Shown here piece by piece: positions 18,591 to 27,536 of a DNA stretch of 45,801 nucleotides (position 1 is its first letter; each line of letters begins with the position of its first letter). This DNA comes from an uncultured Bacilli bacterium (lineage in GTDB: Bacteria; Bacillota_I; Bacilli_A; RF39; UBA660). A program made the position numbers and the translations under genes. Where the stretch lies: positions 1 through 45,801 of the forward strand of contig CALVRL010000002.1 of assembly GCA_944358625.1 (NCBI GenBank), written 5' to 3'. The notes beneath the pieces were generated by a model, which was not told the origin of the DNA, ran no database searches, and saw nothing but the letters and a program-made list of their open reading frames with translations.

Positions 18591-18665
18591 TTATTTAAAT
18601 AATAAAATTATAAGTAGAAGGATGATAATGATTAAAGAAGAAATTAAAATATCTTTTTTAGTCAT
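18591..18665 (-). CDS. candidate type I toxin peptide 2 (24 aa, single TM)
   Basis: GGAGG (18677-18673) plus 7 nt precedes the ATG at 18665. It reads MTKKDILISSLIIIILLLIILLFK then TAA. An anti-SD hairpin CCTCC-GAAA-GGAGG (18686-18673) occludes the SD. The promoter is TTGTAT (18748-18743), 17 nt, TATAAT (18725-18720). Confidence 0.6.
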   Translation of the reverse strand: MTKKDILISSLIIIILLLIILLFK

Positions 18666-18768
18666 TTCACCACCTCCTTTCGGAGGCAAACACTCAACTG
18701 TTAAATATTCCCCATTTAAATTATATAATATAACTATTAGTTATACAAGCGAACATTTTAAAATTTAA

Positions 18769-18799
18769 CAAAAAAGGCCTTATGTTTTTATATAAGGTC
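18769..18799 (-). terminator. intrinsic terminator of greA
   Basis: The minus strand reads GACCTTATATAAAAACATAAGGCC followed by TTTTTTG, immediately after the greA stop codon. Confidence 0.65.
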
Positions 18800-19270
18800 T
18801 TAATTAATTGCTAATACTTTTACTTGATATTCACCATTTGGACTAGTTACAGTTGCAATATCGCCAACTTTAGCTCCCATTATTGCTTTCGCAATTGGTG
18901 ATTCATTAGAAATTTTATTAGTGAAAGGATCTGCCTCTTTGATACCAACGATAGTATACGTATCCTTGTCATCTTCACCAACATATTCTAATTCAACAGT
19001 ATTACCAACTGAAACTTTATCGGTTTTAACGTTCTTAATAACGATTGCTTTTTCAATTTGTTTTTCTAATGTAGCAATACGATTTTCTGTTTCTGATTGT
19101 TCATTTCTAGCTGCATCGTATTCGGCATTTTCGCTTAAATCGCCTAAGGCTCTGGCTTCTTTTAAAGCTTCAATAACTGCCGGTCTTTTTTCCATTTTTA
19201 GATATTCTAATTCTTTTTTCATGTCTTCTAAACCTTGTTCAGTTACGTAAACTTCATCTGTATTTGTCAT
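18800..19270 (-). CDS. greA: transcription elongation factor GreA
   Basis: 156-aa ORF with the N-terminal coiled-coil motif ...AREAGDLSENAEYDAA (here ARALGDLSENAEYDAARNEQ) and a C-terminal FKBP-like domain. Confidence 0.95.
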   Translation of the reverse strand: MTNTDEVYVTEQGLEDMKKELEYLKMEKRPAVIEALKEARALGDLSENAEYDAARNEQSETENRIATLEKQIEKAIVIKNVKTDKVSVGNTVELEYVGEDDKDTYTIVGIKEADPFTNKISNESPIAKAIMGAKVGDIATVTSPNGEYQVKVLAIN

Positions 19271-19329
19271 TGTTTTTCACCTCACGCTCTATTTACTCCA
19301 TAAAATATTACTACATATTTTAGGCTTTG

Positions 19330-20511
19330 TCAACATATTTTCATCATGTCGTTTACACTTACTTCTTTTGGCATTTTAAGATATACTATTTGTTTAGGAT
19401 GTCTTACTATTTCAATTGGTTTTTTATCTTCATCATATATTTCTTCTATTTTAAAATTAAAATCTTTATCTGGTCCAAAAATTTCGACTTTATCACCTTT
19501 TTTGAAATAATTTCTTTGTTCTACTTTGGCTAATTTTGTTTTTTTATCGTATTCTAACACTAATCCTAAAAAGTCTTGGTTTGTTATTTCTTGTCTTCCA
19601 TTATAGTACTGAACATCTTTACCATAATTTCCATTAAAAAACTGTGCGATAGAATCTCTATTGGCTACCTTTTTTAGTATACCTTCATACTTTAAATTAT
19701 ATTCATAATTTTTAGTATTGTTACAATAACCATCTATTAATTTTCGGTAAACTTTGACAACTGTTGCTATATAGTATATAGATCTCATTCTACCTTCTAT
19801 TTTTAGACTATCTACTTTCATATTTATTAATTCTGGTATATATTTTGCTAATGATAAATCTTTAGTACAGAAGGTGAATGGTTTTTCTCCTTTTAAATGA
19901 TTGTTTTCATCATATAAATCAAAATCCCATCTACATATTTGACTGCATCCTCCTCTATTGGAATCTCTATTTGTTAAAAAATTTGATAAAACACATCGGC
20001 CACTATATGAAGCGCACATTGCTCCATGTATAAATACTTCTAGTTCTATGTCTATATTATTTTTGATATCAATTATATCTTCTTTAGTGCATTCTCTAGC
20101 TAAAACTATTCTACTTACTCCTTCATTTTTCCAAAATTCTATGGCCTCTTTGTTTAATGTTGAAGCTTGTGTTGATAGATGTATTTCTAAATTAGTTTCT
20201 TTGGCTAATTCTATTATTTTAGGATCGCTTACTATAATTGCGTCGACATGAATTTTATCTAGTTTTAATAAGTAGTCTTTTATTTTTTTTAACTCTTTAT
20301 TATGCATGGCAATATTAACGGTAACATAAACTTTTTTGTTTAATTTGTGAGCATACTCTACACCCTTTTCTATTTCTTCTAATTTAAAGTTGTCTGCGTT
20401 TGCTCTTAAATTAAATGCACCACCGATATAAACAGCATCTGCGCCATAAGCAAAAGCTATTTTTAATCTTTCTAAATCTCCTGCTGGAGCTAATAACTCT
20501 GGTTTTTTCAT
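19330..20511 (-). CDS. peptidase U32 family protein (YrrO/TrhP-like)
   Basis: 393-aa ORF. MKKPELLAPAGDLERLKIAFAYGADAVYIGG and the E..HGAMC motif are typical of U32. Its position next to yrrN/yrrM homologues matches B. subtilis. Confidence 0.85.
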   Translation of the reverse strand: MKKPELLAPAGDLERLKIAFAYGADAVYIGGAFNLRANADNFKLEEIEKGVEYAHKLNKKVYVTVNIAMHNKELKKIKDYLLKLDKIHVDAIIVSDPKIIELAKETNLEIHLSTQASTLNKEAIEFWKNEGVSRIVLARECTKEDIIDIKNNIDIELEVFIHGAMCASYSGRCVLSNFLTNRDSNRGGCSQICRWDFDLYDENNHLKGEKPFTFCTKDLSLAKYIPELINMKVDSLKIEGRMRSIYYIATVVKVYRKLIDGYCNNTKNYEYNLKYEGILKKVANRDSIAQFFNGNYGKDVQYYNGRQEITNQDFLGLVLEYDKKTKLAKVEQRNYFKKGDKVEIFGPDKDFNFKIEEIYDEDKKPIEIVRHPKQIVYLKMPKEVSVNDMMKIC

Positions 20512-20513
20512 AT

Positions 20514-21296
20514 CTACTTCACCTTATATATCGTTTCTTTGTATAGAAAACCTGTTTCTTTTGGAAATTTGTTTTCATTTTTTAAAACTTCTATAAAATC
20601 TTTATCATTTATAAAAGTGGAATTAAATACTAGATAATCTACTTTCAAATCTATATCTAAAGCATTTAAAATATAGTTAGAATAAACTGTTGTTCCTAAA
20701 TTAGTGTCTATAATAGGATATTTTTTCCCTTCTTTTTCAATAAAATTATTATGTTTACTTTTTAAATTAAATGTTTCTAAATAATTATTTACTAGATGTC
20801 TTTGAGAGGTAAACATTGGTATATAACCAAAAACATTTACAAATAGTTTTGATTTTGTGTTATTTTTTATTTCGTCTATTTCTCTTTTAGTTAACTCTGA
20901 TGATAAATATGCGTATTTTACATTTTTATCATACCAATAATTTACTGTACCATAATTTGTGGTGAGGTGTTCCTCGGACCAAACTAATGGCACTTTTAAA
21001 TTTAATTTTTGTTTTAAATTAGGTATGGCAATATCATAAAAAAAGATTCCACTTATATTTAATTTTTCTATTTTTATCAGTGCTTTTTTTAATTTTTCTA
21101 CTTCGCTATTATGAATATTTTTATTTAAAATTATAAAAATTTCTTTATTTAAGTCTTTTAGCTTTTTTATATCTTCTAAACTAAATGTGTTTGGATAATT
21201 TATACTTAAATCTTTTAATGGCAAAAGATAGGCATCTATATATTCTTGAATATCTTTTGCTTGTTTAATATTACTTATTATAGCTGCTTTTTTCAT
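20514..21296 (-). CDS. peptidase U32 family protein (YrrN-like, short form)
   Basis: The ORF extends to 21350, but GGAGGTATATC precedes the ATG at 21296 (MKKAAIISNIKQ...). It is paired with the larger U32 gene as in B. subtilis yrrN-yrrO. Confidence 0.75.
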   Translation of the reverse strand: MKKAAIISNIKQAKDIQEYIDAYLLPLKDLSINYPNTFSLEDIKKLKDLNKEIFIILNKNIHNSEVEKLKKALIKIEKLNISGIFFYDIAIPNLKQKLNLKVPLVWSEEHLTTNYGTVNYWYDKNVKYAYLSSELTKREIDEIKNNTKSKLFVNVFGYIPMFTSQRHLVNNYLETFNLKSKHNNFIEKEGKKYPIIDTNLGTTVYSNYILNALDIDLKVDYLVFNSTFINDKDFIEVLKNENKFPKETGFLYKETIYKVK

Positions 21297-21353
21297 GATA
21301 TACCTCCTTTGGTCTATAATTATAGCAGAAAAAAAAGTCATATTCAACATGAC

Positions 21354-22082
21354 CTAATCTTCAATTATTTTAACGTCTTTTTTTATCTTATCATAGAAGT
21401 TAACTAAACTTACTCCAATATATGGTATTAACCATAAATATAGTATTCCTAATGTGAATAGTCCTGCAAAGGCCCAACCTATAAAACTTACACATAATAA
21501 TAGGTAATCTGCTTTGTGTCCTTCCATCATATCCATACTTAATCTAAATATATCTCCTAATGGCATATCTTCATTATCATATAATATATAATAGCTTTGT
21601 GATAGACATAGCATCAATATTATCCAAAATACGGCTATAGCAGCGCTTAAGATAATTCCGGTTACTATCATGAATGAAGATAAAGCTATATTTAAATCTG
21701 TTTGGTATGTTATAAATACTATTAGTGAATTAATTGCTGTAAATTCTAATAGTGCGCATATAGCGTTGATAGCTAGAAAGACAATTGTTAAAGCTGCACA
21801 TCTAAAAAATGTATCGGTTCTTTGAAATAATTCACTATATTTTACTTTTTTCCCTCTAGCTATTTTAACTGTCATTTGTACTAGTCCCATATAAAATAAA
21901 CTTGTTATAATAAGACCTAGGAATATCATCATAGCTGGATCTTTAATATAAGCTGCGGTTCCGTAGCACATTCCTCCTAAAAGAATATAAATTAAAATGG
22001 CTATAACTATATCTTTATATTTTCCATTTAAGCTTTTTCTGGCATCTTTTCTTATTTTTTTGATATCTACACTTTCACGCAT
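21354..22082 (-). CDS. DUF975-like integral membrane protein
   Basis: 242-aa ORF. The N-terminus (IKKIRKDARKSLNGKYKDIVIAILIYILL) followed by 5-6 TM helices resembles DUF975. Confidence 0.55.
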   Translation of the reverse strand: MRESVDIKKIRKDARKSLNGKYKDIVIAILIYILLGGMCYGTAAYIKDPAMMIFLGLIITSLFYMGLVQMTVKIARGKKVKYSELFQRTDTFFRCAALTIVFLAINAICALLEFTAINSLIVFITYQTDLNIALSSFMIVTGIILSAAIAVFWIILMLCLSQSYYILYDNEDMPLGDIFRLSMDMMEGHKADYLLLCVSFIGWAFAGLFTLGILYLWLIPYIGVSLVNFYDKIKKDVKIIED

Positions 22083-22154
22083 ATTTTTTTACCCCTTTTC
22101 TACTATTAACATTATATCATACGTAAAACTTTTTTTGACAAAAAAATTAAAAAT

Positions 22155-22733
22155 TTAATCTTTTGTTAATACTTTTTCTTTTGGCTTAATAAAGTGTTCA
22201 AATGTTTTTTCACATATAAGATCTTCTACTGGTATTTCTCTTTCTAATGATTCTACTATTAATTCATCTAAATTTTCATATAAATTCAAATAGTACTCTT
22301 TGGCTTTTCTAAATTCATTTGAATATGAATAATATGGCATATCTTTATTTAAATAATAATCGTATCCTATTTTTGGAATGGCTAAAATACGTTTGTTTTG
22401 GTATAATTCATCTACTTCTTTATATGTCATATTGGTTATTTTTCCACAATGAAGACACATGCATTCATAATAATCTATACGCACTGGAGTATCATAGTTA
22501 TAACAAACATACATAGGGTGTGTACAATTTCTTTGCATATTTGAATTATATTCGTGTAGGGCACTTTGTTTATCTTGCTCTGTTTTTTTTATTTCTTTTA
22601 AAACCTTAAAATACATCTTCACTACTTCATCATTTAAAAAATTTTTTTCTTCTTCTTTTAATTTTTCAATTTTTAAATCGTATGCTAGAGCTATTTCTAA
22701 CATTTCTTTACTACATACTACTGGACTTTTCAT
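22155..22733 (-). CDS. hypothetical protein with Cys-rich (CTHP..C..CxCxxC) putative zinc site
   Basis: 192-aa ORF with consistent coding potential. No family recognised. Confidence 0.5.
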   Translation of the reverse strand: MKSPVVCSKEMLEIALAYDLKIEKLKEEEKNFLNDEVVKMYFKVLKEIKKTEQDKQSALHEYNSNMQRNCTHPMYVCYNYDTPVRIDYYECMCLHCGKITNMTYKEVDELYQNKRILAIPKIGYDYYLNKDMPYYSYSNEFRKAKEYYLNLYENLDELIVESLEREIPVEDLICEKTFEHFIKPKEKVLTKD

Positions 22734-22793
22734 TATTTCACTCCTATTATAATTTTAGCACACCTTTTATCTTTGTTGAAGAAAAAATGGAAA

Positions 22794-23372
22794 TTAATCC
22801 ATTTTGCTTACTGAAATACCGTCCCCTTTTTCATAAAAATTTGTTTTAAATTCTTTGTTTTCTTTTAAAAATTCTTTATAATTATTGATTTTTCTAACTA
22901 ATGCTTTTAAATTTTTACTGTGGATTTCTTCTGGGTTATTAGCTAAACCGTGAAAATTTAAATTATCTGTTATAATAGCACCATTTTCTTTTAAATTTGA
23001 TTTGTATTTTTCAAAAAATTTAATATATTGTGCTTTGGCAGCGTCTATGAATATCAAATCATATTTATCTTTTATTTCTGCTTCTAAAGCATCAGCATAT
23101 ATGATATTTATTCTTTTTTCTAGATTAAAATCTTTGACGTTTTTTGTAGCTAGTGAAAACATTTCTTTATTTCTTTCAATAGTTGTTATTTTGATGTTTT
23201 CATCAATTAATGCCATACTTATAGCGGAATATCCTATAGCTGTGCCTATTTCTAATATTTTTTTTACCTTATTTTCTTTTATGTAATTTAATATAAAATT
23301 TAAACCTTCTTTTTGAATAATAGGAACATTATTTTCTTCGGCATATTTTTCTAAAGCTTTTAAGCGGCCCAT
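22794..23372 (-). CDS. SAM-dependent O-methyltransferase (YrrM/TrmR-like, class I family 3)
   Basis: 192-aa ORF. KKILEIGTAIGYSAISMAL and DLIFIDAAKAQY match B. subtilis YrrM (KKILEIGTAIGYSAIRMAL, DVIFIDAAKGQY). It overlaps the mltG 3' end by 13 nt. Confidence 0.85.
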   Translation of the reverse strand: MGRLKALEKYAEENNVPIIQKEGLNFILNYIKENKVKKILEIGTAIGYSAISMALIDENIKITTIERNKEMFSLATKNVKDFNLEKRINIIYADALEAEIKDKYDLIFIDAAKAQYIKFFEKYKSNLKENGAIITDNLNFHGLANNPEEIHSKNLKALVRKINNYKEFLKENKEFKTNFYEKGDGISVSKMD

Positions 23373-24439
23373 TTTCCTTCATCCTTTAGTTTAGCTATTA
23401 TTTGGTCATGTTCAGTGGCTGTTTTTGTAAAATAAACTTCTTTGTTTGTGTCGGCTACAAAATAATAGTAATCATTTTCTTTTGGATGTATAGCGGCTTT
23501 TATAGAACTTATGCTTGGGTTATCTATTGGTCCTACTGGTAAGCCTACCATAGATGTACATCTAGTATTATATCCATTACAGGCTATTAAATCGCTTTGA
23601 GTTAATCTTTCTGTCATTGATTTTTGCGCTGCATAATAAGTTGTTGCATCGCAGCCTAATGACCAATTATCTTTTAATCTATTGTATAAAACTCCTGAAA
23701 CTAATGCTCTATCTTCATCTGATACGGCTTCTAATTCTATTATAGATGCAAGGGTTAATATTTGATGAGGGGTGTAAGTGTTATTTTGCATTTCTTCTTT
23801 ATATGGTTCTAATTTTGTCTTTGTATTATCTAGTATTTTTCTTACGATGTCATCAATATTTAACTCGCTTTTTTCGAAATGATATGTATCTGGATATAAA
23901 TATCCTTCTAAAGGATAATATATTTCAGGATTATCTATATCATTTGTTATAAACCAATAATCTTGTTTTAATTCGTTTAAATATTCTTTGTCTGAAAGTT
24001 TATTTATGAAATCTTCTTCTTTAATATCTGTCTTTTCTTCGACAATTTTTGCCATTTGTGTAATATTTAAACCTTCTCTAAAGGTTATTTTTAGTGTAGA
24101 TGATCGATGATTTTCATCACTTAATACTTTAACTATTTCTGGGACACTCATGGCTTCGTTTAATTCATAGTCTCCTCTTATCAATGTTTCTGGTTTAGTA
24201 AACTTTATATATACTTTATAAAAAGCTTCTGAACGAATTAGATTTTTTTCTTTTAACTCACTAGCAATTGTATAATAATTGTCACCATCATCTATGGTAA
24301 TAATTTTAGAGTCTGTATTTTTACTTACTGCGCTTATCTCATATTTGTATATACCTAACATAATTAAAATTATTATAATGATGAGTAACAATAAAAAGAG
24401 TAAGAATTTACCTACTTTAAATTTACGAACTTTTTTCAT
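23360..24439 (-). CDS. mltG: endolytic murein transglycosylase MltG (YceG-like)
   Basis: 359-aa ORF with an N-terminal TM, a LysM-like region and the YceG core (ILTLASIIELEA...VLYNRL). Confidence 0.9.
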   Translation of the reverse strand: MKKVRKFKVGKFLLFLLLLIIIIILIMLGIYKYEISAVSKNTDSKIITIDDGDNYYTIASELKEKNLIRSEAFYKVYIKFTKPETLIRGDYELNEAMSVPEIVKVLSDENHRSSTLKITFREGLNITQMAKIVEEKTDIKEEDFINKLSDKEYLNELKQDYWFITNDIDNPEIYYPLEGYLYPDTYHFEKSELNIDDIVRKILDNTKTKLEPYKEEMQNNTYTPHQILTLASIIELEAVSDEDRALVSGVLYNRLKDNWSLGCDATTYYAAQKSMTERLTQSDLIACNGYNTRCTSMVGLPVGPIDNPSISSIKAAIHPKENDYYYFVADTNKEVYFTKTATEHDQIIAKLKDEGKWAA

Positions 24440-24461
24440 GGTAAAACCCTACTCAGTTTTC

Positions 24462-24797
24462 CTAATTAGCTCCGTTAGCTTCTGGAGTATTGCTAGCAGA
24501 TTCGATTTGTGATTGCATTTCGTTTAAAATGGTTTCGATAATTTTCCATTCTTTTTCTGTTTCAATTGGTTTTAAAGGTAAAGCGGCAAATTCATTATTT
24601 TCATCTGATTTTAGATCTTTTGGATCATAGATTGAAGCGTATACTTTGGTATTTCCTTCATTATCTATTGAATGATCTGTGTAAACTATGTAATTTTTCT
24701 TTGTCTCTGGTGATTCAAATAAGAATAGTGCCTCACAATCTAATTGTCTTCCTTCTTCATCAATTGCTTTGAATTTTACTGTTTCGTTTTCTTGCAT
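24462..24797 (-). CDS. DUF1292 protein (YrzB-like)
   Basis: 111-aa acidic ORF. DEEGRQLDCEALFLFESPETKKNYIVYT...EWKIIETILNE fits DUF1292. It lies between ruvX and mltG as in Bacillus. Confidence 0.75.
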   Translation of the reverse strand: MQENETVKFKAIDEEGRQLDCEALFLFESPETKKNYIVYTDHSIDNEGNTKVYASIYDPKDLKSDENNEFAALPLKPIETEKEWKIIETILNEMQSQIESASNTPEANGAN

Positions 24798-24802
24798 TTT
24801 TT

Positions 24803-25231
24803 TCAGTCCTTTCTTTTATCCAAATATGTTTGTAAAATGATATTAGCAGCTAAACTATCTATTTTTTTCTTTCTTTTTTTTCTAGATACATCTGCTTTTA
24901 TCATATAATTTGTGGCTTCTTTTGTCGATAGTCTTTCATCTTGCATTTCTACTTTAATATTAAAAGTATCTTCTAATTTCTTTTTGAAATCTAATGTTGC
25001 TAAAGCCCTTGGGCCTATTGTTCCATTCATATTTTTGGGAAAACCTAAAATGATTTTTTCAATAGGCTCTTTTTCAATAATAGTTGATAGTTTACTTATG
25101 GCTTCTTCGTAATTTTCTTCCTCAAAATGAATAGTACCATAAGTGGTTGCAACTGTTTTTGTCGTATCAGATATAGAAACGCCTAATGTCCTTGTTCCTA
25201 GATCTAAACCTAAGTACTTCAATATAACCAC
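24803..25231 (-). CDS. ruvX: Holliday-junction-resolvase-like putative pre-16S rRNA nuclease RuvX/YqgF
   Basis: 142-aa ORF with LGLDLGTRTLGVSISD and DERLSTKEA motifs. Confidence 0.9.
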   Translation of the reverse strand: MVILKYLGLDLGTRTLGVSISDTTKTVATTYGTIHFEEENYEEAISKLSTIIEKEPIEKIILGFPKNMNGTIGPRALATLDFKKKLEDTFNIKVEMQDERLSTKEATNYMIKADVSRKKRKKKIDSLAANIILQTYLDKRKD

Positions 25232-25311
25232 CCTCTATTAATGTATATATTAATTTTACCATTTATTTTTGTTTTTGTATAGATGTATGGATAATTTTTT
25301 GAAATGTAAAT

Positions 25312-25331
25312 AAAATGTAAATTTACATTTT
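25312..25331. repeat. perfect 20-bp palindrome AAAATGTAAATTTACATTTT (copy B of the shared module)
   Basis: Read directly from the sequence. It is preceded by an extra half-site AAATGTAAA (25302-25310) and followed by TTTTTGATTTTTTGATTTTGTTATCTTAT, as in copy A. Confidence 0.6.
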
Positions 25332-25509
25332 TTTCTTTTTGATTTTTTGATTTTGTTATCTTATCTTACTTAAATATTACTTTTATATATTATTATAAGT
25401 CATATTCTCCAAAGACTTTCATTTTTTGACAACCTCTCAATTATAATTATTTATTTTAGTAATAGTATATTGATAAGATTAATGATATAATGTTCTTAAA
25501 GGTGATGAT

Positions 25510-26463
25510 ATGTATTATACTAAAAAAAGAAAGATTAAAAAGGGGCCTATAATTTTTATTGCTGTTGTTATTTTTATTATTATTTTAATTATTGTATGCA
25601 TAAATTTATATAAGCATTATACTAGTTTTGAATATAAACTTGGTGAGGCTGGATATAATGAAAAGGAAATTAAAGAAATTCTTAAGTTTGATAATAAATA
25701 TATAGAGTATGCTATAGAAAATAAATACGAAGATGATTTTATTCCTCTTTTAAAGCAAAAATATTTTATTTGGAAGAATTATGATAGATATATTGAATAT
25801 ATTAATGATGTATATGGTGACAAAAAAGTAGATTATGAAAAAGTTGTTTCTTTGGTTAATGTTGGGGCTGATAACGATCCTTATACACATACTAAAAAAA
25901 CTGATATGGATAAAGAATATGCTATTTTGGTTAATAAGTATAACTCACTTCCTGAAAAATATGCTCCTGATGATATAGTCGAGATGAGTAACTGGTATGC
26001 TTATCCTGATAATAGAATTAGGCAAACTGTATATGATGCTTTTAAGGAAATGAGTGAGGGTGCTAAAGAAAGTGGCTACACTTTAATTGTTAATTCTTCT
26101 TATAGGTCTTATGAAGAACAGAAAGAAATTTATGATGATTATGAGAGAAATAGGGGTAAAGAATATGCGGATAAATATGCGGCTAGGCCTGACTTTTCAG
26201 AGCATCAAACTGGGCTTTCTTTAGATATATTTTCTCCTGGCGCTAATATGAGTAATTTTGCGGATACTGAAACTTATAAATGGCTTAAAGATAATTCTTA
26301 TAAATATGGTTTTATTTTAAGATATCCTTTAGGCAAAGAGGATATTACTGGTTATAATTATGAGGCATGGCATTATAGATATTTAGGTAAGGAGCTTGCT
26401 AAAAAGGTTTATGATAGTGGTTTAACTTATGATGAGTATTATGCTTATTATTTGGATAAATAG
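25510..26463 (+). CDS. membrane-anchored D-alanyl-D-alanine carboxypeptidase, peptidase M15B (VanY-like)
   Basis: 317-aa ORF with an N-terminal TM. The VanY motifs are SSYRSYEEQ, SEHQTGLSLDI and EAWHYRY. Confidence 0.8.
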   Translation: MYYTKKRKIKKGPIIFIAVVIFIIILIIVCINLYKHYTSFEYKLGEAGYNEKEIKEILKFDNKYIEYAIENKYEDDFIPLLKQKYFIWKNYDRYIEYINDVYGDKKVDYEKVVSLVNVGADNDPYTHTKKTDMDKEYAILVNKYNSLPEKYAPDDIVEMSNWYAYPDNRIRQTVYDAFKEMSEGAKESGYTLIVNSSYRSYEEQKEIYDDYERNRGKEYADKYAARPDFSEHQTGLSLDIFSPGANMSNFADTETYKWLKDNSYKYGFILRYPLGKEDITGYNYEAWHYRYLGKELAKKVYDSGLTYDEYYAYYLDK

Positions 26464-26471
26464 GTGATGGT

Positions 26472-27536
26472 ATGAAAAGGGTTTTAATTATTTTATTTAT
26501 TTTAATTATTGCTGTCACTTTCTTTTTTATATTTTATAAAAAGGATTTAAGTTATGAAGATAAAATGAAAAATTTAGGGTATTCTTCTAGCGAAGTTAGT
26601 CTTATTTTAGATAATGTTTCTTCACAAAATTATGATTTAGTTTTAGAACTTGGTTATGATAAAAGTTTAATTAATATTTTAAATTCTAATGATTATAAGG
26701 AAAATAATTTTGAAAATTACATAAAATATTATATGAAAAACAAAAAAGCTAATATAGGTGATATTATCAGTATTGTAAATTCTAATTATGATTTGATGAA
26801 TTATCCTGCTTCTGGCTTACTTGCTAATTTAGTTAAAGAAAAATATTATATAAATGCTAATGTGGCCCGTTATTTAGATTATGGTAACAGTCATGATGTT
26901 AATAGTAAAAAAATTATTTCTATTGTTAATTCTAAAGCTGATTTGGAATTTTATAGTGAAAGTTACGATAGTAATTTGAATGATAATAATTTGATTTTGG
27001 TTAATAAATTTTATCATTTAAAAGAAGATTATGTCCCTAATGATTTGGTTACTTTATCTGGTCAGTATAATAAAGGGGCAAATAATAAAATGAGAAAAGA
27101 TGCTGCTTTAGCTTTTATGGAAATGGTCGATGCGGCTAAATTAGATAATATTATTCTTTATAATATGTCGGCTTATAGGGATTATAATTATCAGGTTAAT
27201 CTTTATAATAAATATATTCAAAGGGATGGTAAAGAGGCTGCTGATAAATATTCGGCTAGACCTGGATATTCTGAACATCAAAGCGGATTATGCTCTGATT
27301 TAAATAATATTAGTGATTCTTTTGATGGAACTGATGAGGCTATATGGCTTAAAAATAATGCTTATAAATATGGGTTTATTTTGAGATTTCCTAAAGATAA
27401 AGAGGATATTACTGGGTATAAATATGAACCTTGGCATTATAGATATGTTGGTAAGGATGCTGCTAAAATAATTTATGATGATGATATTACTTTAGAGGAA
27501 TATTATGCTTATTATATAGAAAACACTTCAAATTAA
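26472..27536 (+). CDS. second VanY-like M15B carboxypeptidase (tandem paralogue)
   Basis: 354-aa ORF with an N-terminal TM. The motifs are SAYRDYNYQ, SEHQSGLCSDL and EPWHYRY. Confidence 0.8.
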   Translation: MKRVLIILFILIIAVTFFFIFYKKDLSYEDKMKNLGYSSSEVSLILDNVSSQNYDLVLELGYDKSLINILNSNDYKENNFENYIKYYMKNKKANIGDIISIVNSNYDLMNYPASGLLANLVKEKYYINANVARYLDYGNSHDVNSKKIISIVNSKADLEFYSESYDSNLNDNNLILVNKFYHLKEDYVPNDLVTLSGQYNKGANNKMRKDAALAFMEMVDAAKLDNIILYNMSAYRDYNYQVNLYNKYIQRDGKEAADKYSARPGYSEHQSGLCSDLNNISDSFDGTDEAIWLKNNAYKYGFILRFPKDKEDITGYKYEPWHYRYVGKDAAKIIYDDDITLEEYYAYYIENTSN

